NCBI GenBank assembly: GCA_963816355.1 | Contig: CAWFKH010000004.1 | Coordinates: 352,001-416,000, forward strand | DNA: 64,000 bases | Source: an uncultured Gemmatimonadales bacterium | GTDB taxonomy: Bacteria > Gemmatimonadota > Gemmatimonadetes > Longimicrobiales > RSA9 | Direction: 5' to 3' | In this document: piece after piece, positions 35,827 through 43,673 of the stretch | Layout of the letters: every line of letters begins with the position of its first letter | Position numbering within the stretch: position 1 is the stretch's first letter | The notes under the pieces: model-generated | Databases searched by the model: none | What the model was told of the DNA's origin: nothing | Seen by the model: the letters and a program-made list of their open reading frames with translations, nothing else | Made by a program: the position numbers and the translations under genes

Positions 35827-38634
35827 ATGAGAAGAGGCTTTCGCTCCGTTCCCGCCATCGTGCTCGCGACGCTGCTCGTCGCCGCGCCGGCGCTGGGTCA
35901 GGATCTCGCCGCGGCGCGCGAGCGCGGCGGCACCGGGCGCATCGTGGGCCGCGTCGTGGACGCGGAGACCGGCGATCCGGTGGCGGGCGCCCAGATCGCG
36001 GTCCTGGGCACGGGCGTCGGCACGCTCTCGGGCGTGGACGGCCGCTTTCTCCTGCTGGGCGTCCCCGCCGGGGACCAGGCCGTTCAAGTCACCTACGTGG
36101 GCTACGCAGCGAAGACGGTCGAGGGAATCGACGTGCCGAGCGACGGCGCCGTCGTGCAGAACCTCGCACTGAAGTCGGCGGCGATCGCGATCGCGGGGAT
36201 CACGGTCTCGGCGGAGCGAGAGCGGGGCACCGTGAGCGCGGCGCTCAACGCGCAGCGCACGGCGGTCGGCGTGACGAGCGCCACCACGGCGGAGCAGATC
36301 GCGCGCAGCCCGGATGGCGACGCCGCGCAGGCGGTGCAGCGGGTGAGCGGCGTCACCGTGAGGGACGGCAAGTACGTCTTCGTGCGCGGTCTCGGAGAGC
36401 GCTACACGACCACCTCCCTCGACGGCGCGCGGGTGCCGAGTCCGGAGCCGGAGAAGAAGGTGGTGCCGCTCGACCTCTTCCCCACCAGCCTGCTGGAAGC
36501 AATCACGACGTCGAAGAGCTTCACGCCCGATCAGCCCGGCGACTTCAGCGGCGCGCAGGTGAACCTGCGGACGCGTTCCTTCCCCGCTCGCGGCCTGCTA
36601 CAGATCTCCCTCTCGAGCGGCTACAACACGCTGGCGAGCCGTGCCGGCAACCTGCAGCCGACGACGACCGGCGGGGAGTGGCTCGGCGTCGCCGCCTCCG
36701 AGCGCCGCCTGCCCGCCAGCCTGCTCGGCGCGACCGATTTCTCGCGCCTTTCGCGCAGCGACGTCAACGGCCTGATCCGCTCGCTGCCGCGCGACTGGAC
36801 GGCCGGCAGCGGCGGCGGCTCCCCGAACCTCTCCGGCAGCCTCGCCTTCGGCGGCGAGAACCCGCTCCTCGGCCACACCTTCGGCTACATCGGATCGCTC
36901 TCGTACAGCCGCACGGATCAGGTGCGCGACGGCGAGGTGAGGGCGCGCGCGGTGCCCGGCGACTCGCTCGGCACGCCGGCGCCGTACAACGTCTTCGTCG
37001 GCAGCACCGGCCGGACGAGCGTGCTGTGGGGCGGGCTCCTCAACCTGAGCACGTACCTCGGCTCGAGCACCAAGCTGGAGCTGAACAACACGTACAACCG
37101 GACGGCGGACAACGAGGCTCACCTCGACTGGGGCACGCTCGAGGAGTTCACCCAGGTGGACAGCGTCCGCCGGACTTCGCTCCAGTACATCGAGCGCACC
37201 GTCCGCTCCGACCAGCTCCGCGGCGAGCACCGCATCGGCGATCGCAACCGCGTCACCTGGTCGCTCACCTCCTCCGCCGTCTCCCGCGTCGAGCCCGACC
37301 GCGCCGACCTCGCCTACGGCTACGAGACCGCGCCCACCGGCGAGCGCCTGCCCCTCGCATGGCTCGGCTTCATTCCGGAGGCGGCCAAGCGCACCTCGAG
37401 CGATCTGCACGAGGCGGTCTACGCGGGCGCCCTCGACTACGCCCTCTCCGTGGGGCGCGCGGAGCGGGAGACGACGCTCAAGGTGGGCGCCGCCTACCGC
37501 CACACCCACCGCGACTCCCGCACCGTCTCCTACAACCTGCGCGCCCTCGGCCTCAGCGCCGACCAGCGCGCCGCCTCGCCGGATCAGCTCTTCTACGGCG
37601 CCTTCACCGAGGGCGACGCCGCGAAGATCGTCCTCGAGCCGAACGCCAGCGGCGGAACGTACGCGGCCGACGACGTCGTCTCCGCCGGCTACGCGATGGC
37701 GGAAGTGCCGCTCGGCGCCCGCCTGCGCCTGATCGGCGGCGCGCGCGTGGAGCGGTGGAAGCTCGGCATGGACGCCGAGCCGACCGGTCGCGGCCTCGTC
37801 CGCATCGACCGCACCGACACGGATCTGCTGCCGTCCCTCGCGCTGAACGCGCGGCTGAGCGCGAACCAGACGCTGCGGCTCTCGGCGTCGCAGACGCTGG
37901 CGCGGCCGGAGTACCGCGAGCTCGCGCCGATCAGCTACCGCGACATGCTCGGCGAGCGCGAGGTCTTCGGCGACTCCAGCCTGGTGCGCACGTTGGTGCA
38001 GAACTACGACGTGCGCTGGGAGTGGTATCCGGGCTTCGACCAGGTGGTCAGCGTGGGCGTCTTCGCCAAGCGTTTCGACCATCCGATCGAGCAGATCGAC
38101 GTCGCCACCTCCGGCGTCTCGCAGCTCAGCTTCATCAACGCCGCCTCCGCGTTCGACTACGGCGTCGAGCTGGAGCTGCGCAAGCGCCTCGGCTTCCTCG
38201 CGCCCGCGCTCGACCCGCTCTCGCTTTTCACCAACGTCACGCTGATGAAGAGCCGCATCAACACGAGCAACAGCACCCTCTCGGCGCTCACCAACGACGA
38301 GCGCCCGATGGTGGGGCAGGCACCCTACGTCGTCAACGCCGGGCTCGGCTACAGCCGCGCCACCGGCGCCTTCAGCGCGACGCTGCTCTACAACGTCGTC
38401 GGCAAGCGCATCACGTCCGCGGCCGTGACTCCGATCCGCGTCGACACCTACGAGCAGCCGCGGCAGCTCCTCGACTTCTCGATGCGCTTCCCGCTCCACG
38501 GCGGGCTGAGCGCCAGGCTCGACGCGAAGAACCTGCTCGACGCGCCGTACGAGGAGCGCCAGGGCGACGTGATCCGTTACCGCTACACGACCGGTCCCAC
38601 CTTCGGCCTCGGCGTGAGCTGGAACGGTCGCTGA
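35827..38634 (+). CDS. TonB-dependent outer membrane receptor with N-terminal carboxypeptidase-regulatory-like domain
   Basis: GRVVDAETGDP; plug YVFVRGLGERY...VPLDLFP; barrel TLARPEYRELAP, KNLLD, C-terminal LGVSW. Confidence 0.95.
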   Translation: MRRGFRSVPAIVLATLLVAAPALGQDLAAARERGGTGRIVGRVVDAETGDPVAGAQIAVLGTGVGTLSGVDGRFLLLGVPAGDQAVQVTYVGYAAKTVEGIDVPSDGAVVQNLALKSAAIAIAGITVSAERERGTVSAALNAQRTAVGVTSATTAEQIARSPDGDAAQAVQRVSGVTVRDGKYVFVRGLGERYTTTSLDGARVPSPEPEKKVVPLDLFPTSLLEAITTSKSFTPDQPGDFSGAQVNLRTRSFPARGLLQISLSSGYNTLASRAGNLQPTTTGGEWLGVAASERRLPASLLGATDFSRLSRSDVNGLIRSLPRDWTAGSGGGSPNLSGSLAFGGENPLLGHTFGYIGSLSYSRTDQVRDGEVRARAVPGDSLGTPAPYNVFVGSTGRTSVLWGGLLNLSTYLGSSTKLELNNTYNRTADNEAHLDWGTLEEFTQVDSVRRTSLQYIERTVRSDQLRGEHRIGDRNRVTWSLTSSAVSRVEPDRADLAYGYETAPTGERLPLAWLGFIPEAAKRTSSDLHEAVYAGALDYALSVGRAERETTLKVGAAYRHTHRDSRTVSYNLRALGLSADQRAASPDQLFYGAFTEGDAAKIVLEPNASGGTYAADDVVSAGYAMAEVPLGARLRLIGGARVERWKLGMDAEPTGRGLVRIDRTDTDLLPSLALNARLSANQTLRLSASQTLARPEYRELAPISYRDMLGEREVFGDSSLVRTLVQNYDVRWEWYPGFDQVVSVGVFAKRFDHPIEQIDVATSGVSQLSFINAASAFDYGVELELRKRLGFLAPALDPLSLFTNVTLMKSRINTSNSTLSALTNDERPMVGQAPYVVNAGLGYSRATGAFSATLLYNVVGKRITSAAVTPIRVDTYEQPRQLLDFSMRFPLHGGLSARLDAKNLLDAPYEERQGDVIRYRYTTGPTFGLGVSWNGR

Positions 38635-38729
38635 CGCCCTCGTTACCGGGGGCGGGAATCGCCGTGACAACCGCCGCCTATCCTCTCTCTCGACCGACCG
38701 CTTACCCCAGCAACGGAGCACAGCGAACC

Positions 38730-40436
38730 ATGCGATCCTCCCCCCGTACGTGGCTCACTCTCGCGTGCGCGGTGCTGCTCGCCGGCGCCCTCGGCGCCTG
38801 CGACAGCAACGGCACCAGCGTCGAGCCGACGCCGCTCGCCGCGCCCATCGGCCTCGACGCCGTCGCCACCTCCGCCACGACCGTGCGCGTGACCTGGAAC
38901 CAGGTGGCGGGCGCCGACACGTACCAGCTCGACCGCGCCGAAGGCAGTGGCGCGTTCACCAACCTGAGGAGCGGCCTCGGCAGCACGTTCTTCGAAGACG
39001 ACGGCCTCCAGGAAAACACGCAGTACCGTTACCAGGTGCGTGCCGTGAAGGGGTCGGCGCAGAGCCCGAACAGCGCAGCGGTCACGGTGACCACCAGCAG
39101 CACCGGCCCGAAGGTGGCGCGGGTCACCGGCATCACGCTCGACCGCACGTTCTTCTCCGACACGACCTACGTGCTGAGCGGCTTCGTCAAGGTGAGCAAC
39201 GGCGCCACGCTCACCGTCCAGCCCGGCACGACCATCGTGGGCGACACCCTCGTGCCCGGCAGCTCCCTGTGGATCCTGCGCGGCTCGAAGATCATCGCCG
39301 AGGGCACCGCCGGCGCCCCGATCGTCTTCACCTCCCAGCGAGCCCCCGGCAGCCGCGCCCCGGGCGACTGGGGCGGTATCATCATCGTCGGCAACGGCCT
39401 GATCAACCGCACCGCCAACCCGATCTTCACCGAGGGGCCGGTCGGCGCCGCGGAGAACTACGCCGGCGGCACGAACTTCAACGACAGCTCCGGCTCCCTC
39501 AAGTACGTGCGCGTCGAGTTCGCCGGCTTCGACGTCTCCAACGGCGGCGGCCAGGAGCTCAACTCCGTCTCCAGCTACGCCGTCGGCCGGGGCACCACGT
39601 ACGACTTCGTGGAGACGATCGCCGGCCTCGACGACGGCTTCGAGTCCTTCGGCGGCGCCCAGGACATGCGCCACATCATCTCCTTCGAAACCGGTGACGA
39701 CCACTTCGACTGGACGGAGGGTTTCCGCGGCCGCGCCCAGTTCCTCATCGCGCTCCAGACGACGGTGCTTGCGCCGCGGCCCGGCACCGGCACCGTCTCC
39801 AGCGACCCGCGTGGCTTCGAGGGCGACGGCTGCGAGATCGACAAGGCCGGCTGCACCTTCGCCAACACGCCCTACTCGATGCCGATCTGGGCCAACTTCA
39901 CCGTCATCGGCCCGGGCCCCGGCGTCTTCTCCACCACCGACGGCAACGGCGCCGTCGTGCGGCGGGGCGCCGCGGCCAACTTCGTCAACGGCATCATCGC
40001 CCGCTGGCCCGGCGTCGGCCTCAGCATCCGCGACGCCGAGAGCAAGGCGCTCCTCGACAAGGATTCGCTCTACGTCCGCAACGTCATCCTCTCCGACAAC
40101 GGCAGCAACTTCGAGCCCGCCGGCACGAACTTCGGCTCCATCGTCAGCGACAACGCGACCGCCTGGAACGTCACCACGCCCCCGATGAACGACCTCTTCG
40201 CCGGCGCGATTCCGACCAGCGCGACCACCGTCACCGACGCCAACCTCGGCATCGAGCTGAAGAGCGGCGCCGCTGCCGCCGCCGGCGGACTGAACAGCTT
40301 CGCCGGAACGCCGCTCAACGCGCGCGTGCAGGACTTCTTCGGCGGTGCGATGCCCGCCACCAGCTACGTCGGTGCCGTGGATCCGTCCGCCGCCACACCC
40401 TGGTACCAGGGCTGGACCCGCTGGTACCGCAACTGA
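38730..40436 (+). CDS. Lipoprotein with fibronectin-III domain and beta-helix-like domain
   Basis: LGA-C lipobox; FN3 (VTWNQV..YQL..GLQENTQYRYQVRA); GATLTVQPGT, PIVFTS, GDWGG, YVRVEFAG, DDGFE.FGG; C-terminal WYQGWT. Confidence 0.87.
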   Translation: MRSSPRTWLTLACAVLLAGALGACDSNGTSVEPTPLAAPIGLDAVATSATTVRVTWNQVAGADTYQLDRAEGSGAFTNLRSGLGSTFFEDDGLQENTQYRYQVRAVKGSAQSPNSAAVTVTTSSTGPKVARVTGITLDRTFFSDTTYVLSGFVKVSNGATLTVQPGTTIVGDTLVPGSSLWILRGSKIIAEGTAGAPIVFTSQRAPGSRAPGDWGGIIIVGNGLINRTANPIFTEGPVGAAENYAGGTNFNDSSGSLKYVRVEFAGFDVSNGGGQELNSVSSYAVGRGTTYDFVETIAGLDDGFESFGGAQDMRHIISFETGDDHFDWTEGFRGRAQFLIALQTTVLAPRPGTGTVSSDPRGFEGDGCEIDKAGCTFANTPYSMPIWANFTVIGPGPGVFSTTDGNGAVVRRGAAANFVNGIIARWPGVGLSIRDAESKALLDKDSLYVRNVILSDNGSNFEPAGTNFGSIVSDNATAWNVTTPPMNDLFAGAIPTSATTVTDANLGIELKSGAAAAAGGLNSFAGTPLNARVQDFFGGAMPATSYVGAVDPSAATPWYQGWTRWYRN

Positions 40437-40450
40437 ATCCACACGTCTTC

Positions 40451-40480
40451 GCGCCCGGGGGCGTTCCCGCCCCCGGGCGC
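40451..40480 (+). terminator. Perfect 13-bp GC hairpin after the lipoprotein gene
   Basis: GCGCCCGGGGGCG-TTCC-CGCCCCCGGGCGC; no U-tract. Confidence 0.55.
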
Positions 40481-40521
40481 CGCGGGCGAGGCGCGAAGAA
40501 ATCCCGCTACACGGAGTACCG

Positions 40522-41208
40522 ATGAGAAGCACCCGCGCCAGCACGGTCCTCCCCCCGATTCTCGCCCCGGTCCTGAGCGCCCTCCTCGCGTCGCTCGCGG
40601 CGTGCGGCAGTCCGGAACCCCGGACGGCGCGGGCCGCGGAGCCGACTCGAGCCGCGGCGCCGACCGGAAACCTGCCAGCGGCGCGCGCGTCGGCGACTCC
40701 CCGCGTCGTGGTCGACAGCGTCCTGCCCATGTCGGTGCAGCTCGCGCGCTTCCGCCGCGGCCTCCCCCGCCCGGCACGCCTCACTCATGGCGCCACCAGC
40801 CGCGACGCCCTCGTGCGGAGCGTCGTGCGCGCCCTCGCAACGAGCGACACCCTCGCGTTCCAGCCGCTCGCCATCGACCGCGCCGAGTTCGCCTGGCTCT
40901 ACTTCCCCACTACCGCGATCGCGCATCCTCCCTACGAGCTCCCGCCTGGACTGGCCTGGTTCCGCCTTCAGGAGGACGACCGCAAGGGCGTCTTCCGGGC
41001 CCTGCGCGAGATCTCCGCCCACCATCCGCGCTACCTCGGCTATCACTGCGATCCGCGGCCGCGCATCGAAGGAGAGAACCGCATCTGGACCGGCTGTCGC
41101 GTCGCCCTCGCCCGCGACGACGCCCCGCCCTCGGACATCCGCCTCTTCAGCGGGATCCTCGAGCGCGATGGCCGCTTCGCCGTTCTCAGCTACGACAACG
41201 ACTTCTGA
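40522..41208 (+). CDS. Hypothetical lipoprotein
   Basis: GGAG RBS; LAA-C lipobox; globular C-terminal part with a Cys pair. Confidence 0.75.
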   Translation: MRSTRASTVLPPILAPVLSALLASLAACGSPEPRTARAAEPTRAAAPTGNLPAARASATPRVVVDSVLPMSVQLARFRRGLPRPARLTHGATSRDALVRSVVRALATSDTLAFQPLAIDRAEFAWLYFPTTAIAHPPYELPPGLAWFRLQEDDRKGVFRALREISAHHPRYLGYHCDPRPRIEGENRIWTGCRVALARDDAPPSDIRLFSGILERDGRFAVLSYDNDF

Positions 41209-41212
41209 GTCT

Positions 41213-42064
41213 TCACGCCCGCCCTGCCTCACCGCCCTCGTCCGCGCCGCCCCGCTCCGCGTTCGCCCGGATCGCGGCGGCGGTGAACGCGGCCAGACCC
41301 CTGGCGCGCTCCTCGTAGTGCGCCGCGAAGCGCGGATCCGACTCGTACATGGCGGCGAGACCGGCGTGCATGCGGCGGCTGCACGGATAGAACCAGCGGT
41401 CAATGTGCAGCCGCGCCCGCTCCGCCACATCCATCGCCGCGGTGCCGGCCGCATCCGCGCCCGCCGCGAGCAGCGCCGCCATCGCTGCGTCGATCGCCTC
41501 CGCTTCCTCCCGGATGCGCCCCCAGTCCTCCTTGGCGTAGCCGCGCGTCCGGCGCATCGATTCCCGGTACGCCTCGGTGTCCGCCCACCGCTCCTTCACT
41601 TCCCGATCATGCCGCGCCTGGTGCTCGCGCACCGCCTCCGGCGCGTCGAGCGCCTCGAAGCCCTCGAACCTCTCCTCGGCCGACATCGTCTCCCCCCTCT
41701 CGATCGATTCCAGCGCGCGGTCGACTGCGCGAATCAACGACTCCGTCCTTCGCATTCTCCGCTGCAGCAGATCCCGCTGCGCCCGCAGCGCCCCGCGCCG
41801 CTCCAGCCCCGGCTCCGCGAGCATCGCCGCGATCGCCTCCAGCGTGAACCCCAGCTCGCGGTAGAGCAGGATGCGGTGCAGCCGCTCCAGATCCTGCGCA
41901 TCGTACAGACGGTAGCCGGCGCGGTTGCGCCCCGACGGCACCAGCAGCCCGATCTCGTCGTAGTGGTGCAGCGTCCGCACGGTCACGTGCGCCAGCCGCG
42001 CCACTTCGCTCACCCGCCACCGCTTCGCCACCGCCACCGTCTCCGCGTTCGTGCCCGTCTCCAT
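41213..42064 (-). CDS. MerR family regulator with TipAS-like ligand-binding domain
   Basis: VTVRTLHHYDEIGLL.PS.R..AGYRLY; EVKERWADTEAYRES; MYESDPRF..HY. Confidence 0.94.
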   Translation of the reverse strand: METGTNAETVAVAKRWRVSEVARLAHVTVRTLHHYDEIGLLVPSGRNRAGYRLYDAQDLERLHRILLYRELGFTLEAIAAMLAEPGLERRGALRAQRDLLQRRMRRTESLIRAVDRALESIERGETMSAEERFEGFEALDAPEAVREHQARHDREVKERWADTEAYRESMRRTRGYAKEDWGRIREEAEAIDAAMAALLAAGADAAGTAAMDVAERARLHIDRWFYPCSRRMHAGLAAMYESDPRFAAHYEERARGLAAFTAAAIRANAERGGADEGGEAGRA

Positions 42065-42108
42065 AGCTCGTGCTCGCGCGCATGCTCGTGCCCGCACCCT
42101 CGAATCGA

Positions 42109-42139
42109 ACGGTAAGGTATGACGTAGCGGGAGGGTCAA
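42109..42139 (-). promoter_or_regulatory. MerR-type promoter with 19-bp spacer
   Basis: Minus strand reads TTGACC-ctcccgctacgtcatacct (19 nt)-TACCGT, directly upstream of the MerR gene. Confidence 0.78.
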
Positions 42140-42226
42140 GGACGGACGCGCAGCTTCGCTCTGATCATGGACGTTCCGGACGCGCCGGACCCCTCCGCCC
42201 GCGTTCGCGGCGGGGCCGGCTCCGAT

Positions 42227-42420
42227 GTTTCACGCGGAGGGCGCGGGGGACGCGGAGGGCGGAGCGGCGCCACGCCGCTTCACTGCACGGCGCGCATCTT
42301 CTTCTGGTTTGGTTTCCGGCCGCGAACGTGCGGCGCGCGACCAAGCCCGCAGCCAATCCGTTCGCGAAGTCTGCCCCGCGGGGAACGACCTCCGCGCCCT
42401 CCGCGACCTCCGCGTGAAAC
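42227..42420. repeat. 194-bp intergenic element bounded by about 32-bp inverted repeats (REPIN/MITE-like)
   Basis: GTTTCACGCGGAGGGCGCGGGGGACGCGGAGG at the left end and CCTCCGCGCCCTCCGCGACCTCCGCGTGAAAC at the right end. Confidence 0.7.
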
Positions 42421-42459
42421 CGCTTCCGGCGCGTCGGCCGCGCCGGAGCGTACGGCGCG

Positions 42460-43014
42460 CTAGCCGCAGCTCTGGCGCGCGTCGTCCACCAGCACGGTGA
42501 GCGTGCCGTTCGCGTTCACGGTGAAGTGGAACGTCGTGTGGACCCGCATGTTCGGCACCTTCCCCTGGCCGATCAGTTCCAGCGCCTCGTTCGAGCCGCC
42601 CACCGCGCGGCCCGGTCCGCTGCGGTGCATCGTGGTCTCGAAGACGTCCGTCCAGCGATACGACGCCCCGCTCTGCGACCCCACACCCGTCCCCCTCGCG
42701 TTCGCGTGCAGCGCCGTCACCGTGTCCGCGCGCGCCGAGATCGTCTCGATCGTCAGCAGGTGCAGGTCCCCCGCGACCGTCACGTCCTCCTCGCACCCCG
42801 ACACCACGAACGAGAAGGGCAGGTGCACATCGTTCGCCACGACCGCGTACAGCGGCGCGCCCGGTGCCGCCGCGACCGCCGCCGGCGCCGTCGCACTCTC
42901 GCACCCGGACAGGAGCAGCACCGCCAGAAGCGGCGCGAGGAAGCAGAATCCCGCGAGCGGAAACGCCACGGGGAGGGTTGCCGCGGCTTCGCGCCCGCTT
43001 CGGCTGTTCGTCAT
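42460..43014 (-). CDS. Hypothetical lipoprotein
   Basis: GAGGAG RBS; LLSG-C lipobox; beta-rich (HTTFHFTVNANG). Confidence 0.72.
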   Translation of the reverse strand: MTNSRSGREAAATLPVAFPLAGFCFLAPLLAVLLLSGCESATAPAAVAAAPGAPLYAVVANDVHLPFSFVVSGCEEDVTVAGDLHLLTIETISARADTVTALHANARGTGVGSQSGASYRWTDVFETTMHRSGPGRAVGGSNEALELIGQGKVPNMRVHTTFHFTVNANGTLTVLVDDARQSCG

Positions 43015-43125
43015 CGGGATCTCCTCGTCTCGGAAGTCATCTCCAAGAATGCACGCGAAGCGAAACGCCCGGCAAGGAGGACGCACCGACGCCCGCGCCG
43101 CGCCCCCGCCGCGCCACCCCCCGTC

Positions 43126-43216
43126 CGACGCCGCACCCCCCGTGTCGACGCGCACCCCCGTGTCGACCCGCACGCCCATGTTGACACGCACGCCCATGTT
43201 GACACGCACGCCCGAT
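43126..43216. repeat. Tandem 18-bp repeats (about 4-5 degenerate copies)
   Basis: GT(C/T)GAC(A/G/C)CGCAC(G/C)CCC(A/G)T units; the last two contain TTGACA. Confidence 0.8.
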
Positions 43217-43254
43217 AGATGCTAGCCTATTGACACAGTGTCAACCGACTAGCA
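43199..43254 (+). promoter_or_regulatory. Promoter and 35-bp operator inverted repeat of the second blaI-M56 operon
   Basis: TTGACA-18 nt-TAGCCT with TG extension; TGCTAGcctaTTGACAC-A-GTGTCAAccgaCTAGCA at 43220-43254. Confidence 0.75.
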
Positions 43255-43271
43255 CTCCACGGGAGCGGGCG

Positions 43272-43673
43272 ATGCGGACGAACCCCCTTGGTCAGCTCGG
43301 GCGTCGCGAGCGGCAGATCATGGACGTCGTCTTCCGGCTCGGGCGGGCGACGGCGGCGGAGGTACAGGCGGAGCTGCCGAACCCGCCGAGCTACTCGGCG
43401 GTGCGCGGGATGCTGCGGCTGCTGGAGGAGAAGGGGCACCTGCGGCACGAGCAGGAGGGGCCGCGCTACGTGTACCGGCCGACGGCGGATCCGGCGCAGG
43501 TAAGCCGGGGCGCGCTGCGCCACGTGGTGCGGACGTTCTTCGACAACTCGGCGGCGTCGGCGATGGCGGCGATGCTGGGTGACGAGGGCCGATCGTTGAG
43601 CGACCAGGAGCTGAGCCGGCTCGAGCGCCTGCTGGAACAGGCGCGGCGCGGGCGTGAGGGAGGTGCGCGATGA
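43272..43673 (+). CDS. BlaI/MecI/CopY family repressor
   Basis: LGRRERQIMDVV..LGRATAAEV...PSYSAVR.MLRLLEEKGHL. Confidence 0.95.
   Translation: MRTNPLGQLGRRERQIMDVVFRLGRATAAEVQAELPNPPSYSAVRGMLRLLEEKGHLRHEQEGPRYVYRPTADPAQVSRGALRHVVRTFFDNSAASAMAAMLGDEGRSLSDQELSRLERLLEQARRGREGGAR

Noticed and set aside
36678..40436. 1252-aa ORF suggesting a giant protein
   Set aside because: The upstream part is an alternative frame of the TonB receptor. The real gene starts at 38730 with a lipoprotein signal.
43126..43216. Possible CRISPR array (also the repeats at 58040-58140)
   Set aside because: The repeats are head-to-tail with no unique spacers, and there are no cas genes.
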